This document shows positions 56,916-64,000 of a stretch of DNA of 64,000 nt, in pieces. The notes beneath the pieces were generated by a model. It had not been told where the DNA came from, searched no databases, and was given only the letters and a program-made list of their open reading frames with translations. The position numbers were made by a program, and so were the translations under genes. Position 1 is the first letter of the stretch. Every line of letters starts with the position of its first letter. This DNA is from Macrostomum lignano (lineage: Eukaryota): NCBI GenBank assembly GCA_002269645.1, contig NIVC01000377.1, positions 18,623 through 82,622 on the forward strand, read 5' to 3'.

Positions 56916-59689
56916 ATGAAGCAGCAGTTTCGGCACAAAGACGGCTGCTGTATTTGTGCAACAAAGAGCAGCACAACCCGTTTCCAATTGTCAACCGATT
57001 ACGAAGCCAATTTCGCGCAGGTGTTTGGCGCCAAGGCGCGCAATCGATCTGGCCACATTTGCAACGCCTGCATCCTGTGCGTTAGGCGAGGCTGCGGCGG
57101 CGGCAGTCCCAGCTATGCAGGCTCAGGCATTAACAAAGCTCCATATGCTAATGTAAGCTGGCTGGCTGGCTTGAACTTGAAGCAGATTAATTAGTTGCTT
57201 CAGAGGGTCTAGGCCCAACCCTGGGGTAACCTAACACTTTCTTTTGACTTCGAATTTCTCATTATTCTTCGTCCAGGGCGAGGGAAAGGGGGGGCGGTTT
57301 TTTCGCCCAACTCATTATAAACAAGGCCACCTGAGGTCAATCGTGCCAGCATGGAGGGGACAAACTTCTTAGTGTACTATTAAAAGTATTCGTTAATGAA
57401 ACTTGTAAATTGTAATGCTTTTAAAGTTTATCAAATATTTTTAAAGGTACAAGATATACAGATGTCTAAGAATGTCTGTGCGTCTCTTCCAGTCCAGATG
57501 GTTCCAGGAGTCCACGAGAGTTCGTAAATGTCTGTACGATACGATAATAATAATAATAATTGATTACACCTGCCCTAATGCGCAGATGTGCAACCGACAG
57601 CTCAGCCGCAGCTATTGCGCGGCGCATTTGAAGACTGCGTACGGCTGTTCAGTCCAAGGACTGGGGGGTCGCCACACACACCCTCAATTACCCCAGCTGA
57701 TGCTGGCACCCATTTTACAACCGGGTGAAATGAAGCAATTCAGAATTAAGTGTCTTGCTCAAGGACACAAATTGTTCCGGGACGGTTAGGAATCGAACTC
57801 CTGACTTTCAAGTCGTAAGTCCGACGCTTCAACCACTAGGCTATAACCGCGTTGACCACCCGGACGATATAATATATATAAGCGTCTAAGAATATCTTCC
57901 AGTGTTTATAAGTGTTTCTTCCAGTCCAGATGGTTCCAGGAGTCCATGAGAGTTCGTAAATGTCTGGACGCTAATAAAGTCAGGGGGCGCTGTACAGTGT
58001 ACACCTTGTGTGTGTTGCGTGCTCAGGGGCCAGCGGAATAGGCACGACTGCTGGCCTCCGCGCTTGCTGCGGGGGCCGACTGTCGATCGCCTGTCTTTGA
58101 TTTTTGGCAGCGCCCTCCCTCTTACAATCTGACTGGCTAACTTATCATATAGTTAACGACTCCCTCAGGTCGTGGACTCGCGGCGCGGCACCGGCCCCAA
58201 ACACATGAAGCAAATCAGCAAACGGAATCGCCGGCGCGAGCTGCGCGAGGCGGCTGCTGCTAAACAGGCTAACGGCGGCGCCAGCGGAGGCGGCGGCGGT
58301 AGCGGCACATCAGGCGGCAGCGCCAACGGCAAACTGCAGCAGTTGGCGGAGGCCGCCGGCGTGTCCGTCGACTTGTCGGTGTCGGCGTCTGCTGCAGGAC
58401 TGGTCGGCTTGAACGGCGGGCCTTCGGGTGGCGGGTGCAGCGGAAACGGCGGCGCAGTCAACGGAAGCGGCTCAGCTGCCATGCCTAGACAGATCGGACA
58501 GGGTGAGGCAGACGGGCGCGGGCACTGAGACATTGATGAGGCCGACTCATGACATGATAACTGCCATTATAGGACACCAAGACAGAAGACAGACCTTAGT
58601 AGGACATTATATAGCACTGAGAGTATAGTATGACTTTACATGATTGCCGCAATGACATTTAAGGCAGATACTATGAAAGTAAAAGACTGACACTAATACA
58701 CAATAGAAGTGACGGACAAAATAACATTATAGGGGTTGTAGTTGTAGAGCGTCGGACTCGCGACTTGAAGGTCGGGGGTTCGACCCAATCCCACTGGAAC
58801 AATCTGTGTCCTTGAACAAGACACTTGACTCTGCATTGCTGCAGTTCACCCAGCTGTAAAATGGGTGCCAGCATTAGCTGGGGTAATCGAGGGTGTGTGT
58901 GGCGACCCCCCAGTCCTTGGACTGAACAGCCGTGCGCAGTCTTCAGATGCGCCGCGCAATAGCTGCGGCTGAGCTGTCGGTTGCACATCAGGTCAATTAG
59001 GAGGTGTTATCAAATAATATTATTATCATTATGACATTATTTGACTACGCTATTACACAATAAGAGGGCCAATATGACATTATAGGACTGATACTAATAC
59101 ACAATAAGAGTGACAATATGACATATGACTGACACTAGTACACAATAGGAGTGACAACATGACATTATAAGACTGACACTAATACACAATAAGGGGGTCA
59201 CTATAATCTCATAGGAAAAACGAAGTTTGGATTGGACACTAAGAAACTTTAAGAAAATTATGAAGTGCGTGTATGTTTCAAGAGCTTAACATTTATATTA
59301 TAGCGAAGCTCAATGCTTACCATCATCCTCCCTTTCACATTGCGCCTACAGACGGAGAATTCCGAACTCCCCTGGCGCCGCCATCGAATGGCGCCACAGG
59401 GCGGCGCCGTCAGCAATATTATAAGAAGCGGGTGATCATGCAGCCCGTGAAGATACCGGACAGCAAAGAGATTGGCGAATTATTCCAAGACGTCATGCAG
59501 TCTCGCTGTATGGCCCAATCGGACGGGCCGCTGTCATTCCAGCAGGTTCATTCGGCTTTTCTAACTACAAAACGGCGCCGATTGCTGGCCAGCAGCGGCT
59601 CCGAGACGGCTTCAGTCACTAGCACTGAGGCGCCGGAGTCGTTTACTAGTGACACTCCGTCCGCTGGCAGTATTGGACTTCAGCTGTGA
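56916..59689 (+). CDS. SINHCAF: SIN3-HDAC complex-associated factor (FAM60A) homolog
   Basis: Exons 56916-57152, 58169-58502, 59352-59689, phase-consistent. The N-terminus DGCCICATKSSTTRF..YEANFAQVFG..RSGHICNACILCVRR..VVDSRRG matches the FAM60A signature (GCCICRAKSSSSRF..RSGDICNACVLLVKR..VVDARAG) as recalled. Confidence 0.88.
57545..57851 (-). mobile_element. CORE-SINE copy 3 (near full length) in SINHCAF intron 1
   Basis: The reverse complement shows A box TAGCCTAGTGG, B box GAGTTCGATTC, the CORE block and an (ATT)n tail. Confidence 0.85.
58735..59030 (+). mobile_element. CORE-SINE copy 4 in SINHCAF intron 2
   Basis: gtagagcgtcggactcgcgacttgaaggtcgggggttcgacc head, CORE block, shared 3' body, AT-rich tail. 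Confidence 0.8.
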
Positions 59690-60039
59690 TTGGCCGGGTC
59701 AGGCTTAGGGCCTGGGGTTCAGGGTTACGTCACAGCAGGGGCCGATGAATTCGGGCCTCCAAAACAATTGAGTTTAGAAGCGAGCAATGTACTAGCGCAA
59801 ACCTTAGTGGGATCAGAGAATCTTCAGCCGTGTGGGGGACGCTAAAATAACTAGATATGTCACTCGAAATTAAATTAGTGAAAAGTATAGCGTGTACTAT
59901 TTTTAATAGTTTGTTTGCGCAGCGTCGCTTAATTTTTTGTGGTAGCTAAAATCTCCTTTCCTTAGTTTATGGGGTTGAGAATGAACGACAAGAATTTTAA
60001 TTCGATGTACTCAAGTGAACTCAAGAGAAGACACTCAGC

Positions 60040-60290
60040 CTAGAGAGGGGCAGGCCCAATCTAGCTTAGCCAATGAGAGTGCAGTAGGGAGAGACTAGGG
60101 GCAGGCCCAATCTAGCTCAGCCAATGAGAGAACAGTAAGGAGAGACTAGGGGCTGGCCCAATCTAGCTCAGCCAATGAGAGAGCAGTAAGGAAAGAAGTC
60201 AACGTCAGATATAAGCGGGCAAGAAGAAAGCCAAACTGTTTATCGGCCTGACTGGGGCTGGGGCACCACCCCTTTTCTCTCTTGCTCGCT
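60040..60290 (+). mobile_element. CCAAT-unit element, copy 2
   Basis: cccaatctagctcagccaatgagagagcagtaagg units then gaaagccaaactgtttatcggcctgactggggctggggcaccac. Confidence 0.65.
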
Positions 60291-63200
60291 CGGGTGTGGC
60301 AGCTTCTGGGTGGAGATGTTAATTTAATAAGTTTGCTTGTAGAAAGCCAGTAGCAATTGTTGCAGCTTTAAACACTTAAATACTCTTTAAAACTTTATTT
60401 AGCCTGTATAAAAACAAAAAACGGTAATTTTGCTACTGTTAAAGTGAAGATACTCGTAAGAGCACTTATGTGAGTGACATATCTACTATTCTTGTATCTG
60501 TGAACGTAAGCAGATGGCAAGTCTCGGTCAACTACTACTTTAACTTATGATCAGTCCGCACAGTTCTAGGTTTAGTCGTTATGATTTAGCCTATGATAAT
60601 ACTTTTCCAGTCTGCTTTTTATCTTGATAAGAAATAGATGAAGAGTTCTATTGTACAGCATTATTTACTGAGAAGAGCTGGTTTTTTAAAAACAGAATTC
60701 TTGTTGGCTATTATTTTTTGGCTATTTTGGATTATGTTTTGAGTACATTCATTAAGTTATTACGTTGTTGATGACAGGTTTAAAATTTGATTTTACTTGT
60801 TTTTACCGTCGCACAAAGACTGTTCAATAAGTAAATCATGTACTAGTAGTTTGTACTTCGTATACATATCTGCTGATTGCACTTCCCAGTATGCTTATTT
60901 TAAAAATGTGTTTGAATTGGCGCCAAGTTTCTCTTACACTGCATGACTGCACCCATGTTTAGGTAGCTATTAATGATGGTCGATACAGGCAGCTAGCAGT
61001 AGCAGTTACACAGTAGTAGTATGTGGCGCATATCGTTTGTCCCATATTTTTCTGTTGTCCATAAAACTAATGCGCAATCTATGTCTGTTATTTTGAGTCC
61101 ATTTTCCATCACTTGTATCTGGCTGTACAGTTATCACCTAGCCACTTTTGTCTTTTTCGAGTTGACTTGTCATTGTCAAGATTGACTGTGTATTGCTCCT
61201 GTTAATATTCAAATCAGTTCTGTCTGTGCGCTACGAGTATATTACTGTAGCTGTAGTACAGAGTATTATATATTAGAGTATATATAACTGTAGTACAGAG
61301 TAGGTCAAGATACTACATATATTTGCCTTGTTGCAACCCAACAATATTGAATAGTAGCAACCCATCGCTGTGGTTTTTTTGTGCTCGACTAAAATTTGGT
61401 TAGTAGTATCGGGTGCGCATGATTTTTTCATTTGTTACTTAGTTTCTTTAATTGTTAATTTAATAGCGCATCGGTTACCGGTTATTCTACGTTGTAAAGT
61501 CTCATTCTTGCTGGCATTTAATGCGTGAGCTAATTCGTTTTTTCCTATTTATTTAATAACATGTACGCGCGTATGATTATATAGCTATACACATATTTTT
61601 ATATAAATAGTATACCCAGCCATTTTGCGTTGAAGTTGCGTTTTGCTTAATTGGTTTTCCTTATCAGTAGAAGCCAACGGATTTATGATCCTTACTATTA
61701 TAGCATTGTACGTTTCACTTTTTTTATTGACCGCGGCTTCTTAGTCTGATAGCATCATGCTTTCCTGGAATTGAATATGTACATTCAAACGATTAGTTGT
61801 GCATTAGGGTCCGCTACTGTACTCGTATTCCATATGTTGAAATCTAAGACTTGCTGAGCTGCAAACAATTGGCTATTATACTGATTGAACTACAGGTGCT
61901 GAGCCGGCCAGGTAGGGCAATTAGAGGCAATTGCTATTTATTATAACAAATGACTATTTGTCCCAAGCAATGGCATTATAAACGACCCCATAGTTGCAGC
62001 TGAATAATGCTTTATTGAGCAAATACTTTTTACGTTTTCAAATTTTTTCTATAAAACTATTCTACATTACTTGCGCGATTGTAAAATCAATATTAAATTT
62101 TTTTCTTAAACGACCAATTTAAAAAGACGCTGAATCGCCAGAACACTTTTTGGTCTTAGTAAAGTTTTTTATTTACTACCGCAAATGTTACCCATTTAAT
62201 AACCCATTCTATTTTCCTTTTCCATGCTGTTATTCGCACCTTATTAGTTATTTTGACTATTTTTCTGCTTAGCTGACGACGTCTCATGGCCCCGATTAAT
62301 TTTAATGCAATGTAATACTGTTGTACTTGTATTAGTAAGGACTGCGCGTTACGTATTTGTTGCTAACTCGGGTTGGTTCTGAAGCACTGAGCCAGTTTGT
62401 GTGTTGTCTCGAAATTGCTATTTTTCACCTTTCCTGTCCTTATTTATACCAAATCGATCAGGGATATCTAATTTGCTTATATTTTAACTATTTTATTGTT
62501 TTCCTATTAATGATGGGTATGTAGTTACTTTTTAAAATATACAGCGTAGTTTTCCTACGAATAAAGTAAATTTAGATTTCGTATACATGCAATAAGTTAC
62601 ATTTTAATACTGCCATGTGGTGTGGCACGTTTTTAGACTTCTTTGTATTTTTATTATTCCGATAGTGTCTCGAAGTTTCTATTCAATTTTAAACAAAAAG
62701 TTGATTTAAAATTAAAGTTATTAAAGTACTCGTACCATTCATATTTTTCTACGAGGGTAGTTCCGTGATTTCGTAACCACAAGATGCGCGCCTTCTCAAT
62801 TCATTAACCTGCGTTTTTTATCTAATTAAACCGGTTTTTAGATATTTAGTGAATCAAGTAAAACTCAACGGATTGCGACCAAAAAAGAAACAATTATGCA
62901 GTGAACAGCACAACACCGCATGAGCAGGCGTACTGTTCACTAAAAACCCAAAATATCATACATGAAAATGCGTAACGTTTTGAAACTGAGTAGCGCACCT
63001 TTTACAGTAAACGTCCGAAATACTGTATCACAAACACAAAATATCATAACTCCGGGTTGTAGCAACCCCAACACTTTTGTTCTTTGGAGTTATGGTCTTT
63101 CGAGATTGTTAGCCTTCTTAAAAGCGTTTTTTTAAGCGATCTTTCGGGTTTGTGATATTTTCGCTTTATGATGATGGGATCGAATTGTGCTTTCAGAGTT

Positions 63201-63470
63201 GATTTTTCAGGATTATCATGACGACCTGTCCGGTGGACCACAATTGTGTACAATTGCTCACACTTTCTAAATAAAGTCTTAAGCAAGAACAACTCAACTC
63301 AACTGACTATTAGTATTGTCTTGAGATGAAACTGAGAGGCTCTTCATATTGCTTGTTCTTGTTCTAGAACCAGAACCAATTTGTAAAGTATAACTTTTGT
63401 CTCCTTAACTAGAGCGATATATTTGCTATAAACTCTTAATTATTGAGTCCAGGTAAAGGTACACCGTTTG

Positions 63471-63777
63471 AGAAAAGTCAGGAAAACGAAAGCAAAAGCG
63501 AACATCCGCATTGTATATTTAATAAAATTACAATTAATTGATCAATTTTCGCGCGACATGTTTCGCCGAAAACAATCGCATCTTCAGGCAAGGCAATATA
63601 TAGATTCATTATTATATATTACTCTGAATCTATATTATTGCTTTGCCAAATCTTTGCCAAAGATGAAGATGCCGATTGTTCGGCGAAACATGTCGCGCGA
63701 AGATTGATCAATTAATTGTAATTTTATTAAAGATAAAATGCGAATGTTCGCTCTGCTTTCGTTTTCCTGACTTTTCT
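63471..63777. repeat. Foldback palindrome (~145-bp arms, short AT-rich loop) inside a larger inverted repeat (63334-63938)
   Basis: agaaaagtcaggaaaacgaaagc..cgcgcgacatgtttcgccgaa.. is the near reverse complement of ttcggcgaaacatgtcgcgcg..gctttcgttttcctgacttttct; outer arms gaggctcttca / tgaagagcctc. Confidence 0.85.
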
Positions 63778-64000
63778 TAATTATTGAATGAAAATCGCCA
63801 AGAAGAAAGTGAAAAATTGTGCAAAGTGTGGCTGTTAAGGCAGTCAAATATTCACAGAGTTAAATAGTTATACTGCTGTTTTCCTTGAAGATCCGAACCG
63901 ATTCTGGTTCTGGAATTGGTAATGTGAAGAGCCTCTGAGTTAAATAGTCCTTGACCAAAAGACGTTAAAATTTTTAAGCATAAATAAAAGTCAAATTAAT

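Overview
Eukaryotic (metazoan) genomic DNA with GC-rich exons, GT-AG introns and many intronic minisatellites. The style fits a free-living flatworm such as Macrostomum, but that is inference only. Six spliced genes were reconstructed by hand. (1) The 3' part of a polycystin-1-like gene (PKD-REJ-GPS-PLAT-channel; + strand, <1-16960), with one frameshift. (2) A signal-peptide, Cys-patterned secreted protein (- strand, 18211-19670) whose last exon carries an in-frame TGA. (3) Troponin T (+ strand, 21077-25358). (4) An SH2 + tyrosine-kinase-fold + coiled-coil gene (- strand, 27648->43594) with all four canonical catalytic motifs replaced, i.e. a pseudokinase; one intron holds a 5.6-kb 20-bp satellite. 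(5) A small stathmin-like gene (+ strand, 53137-54389). (6) SINHCAF/FAM60A (+ strand, 56916-59689). Mobile DNA comprises a five-copy MITE family with P-element-like ends, four tRNA-headed CORE-SINEs, a truncated RTE-type LINE, minisatellite-carrying elements and a foldback palindrome. The very long ORFs in the track (31-37 kb, 46-52 kb) are tandem-repeat artefacts. The best novelty candidates are the SH2-pseudokinase and the secreted gene with the internal TGA. All calls are from manual reading; no searches were run.
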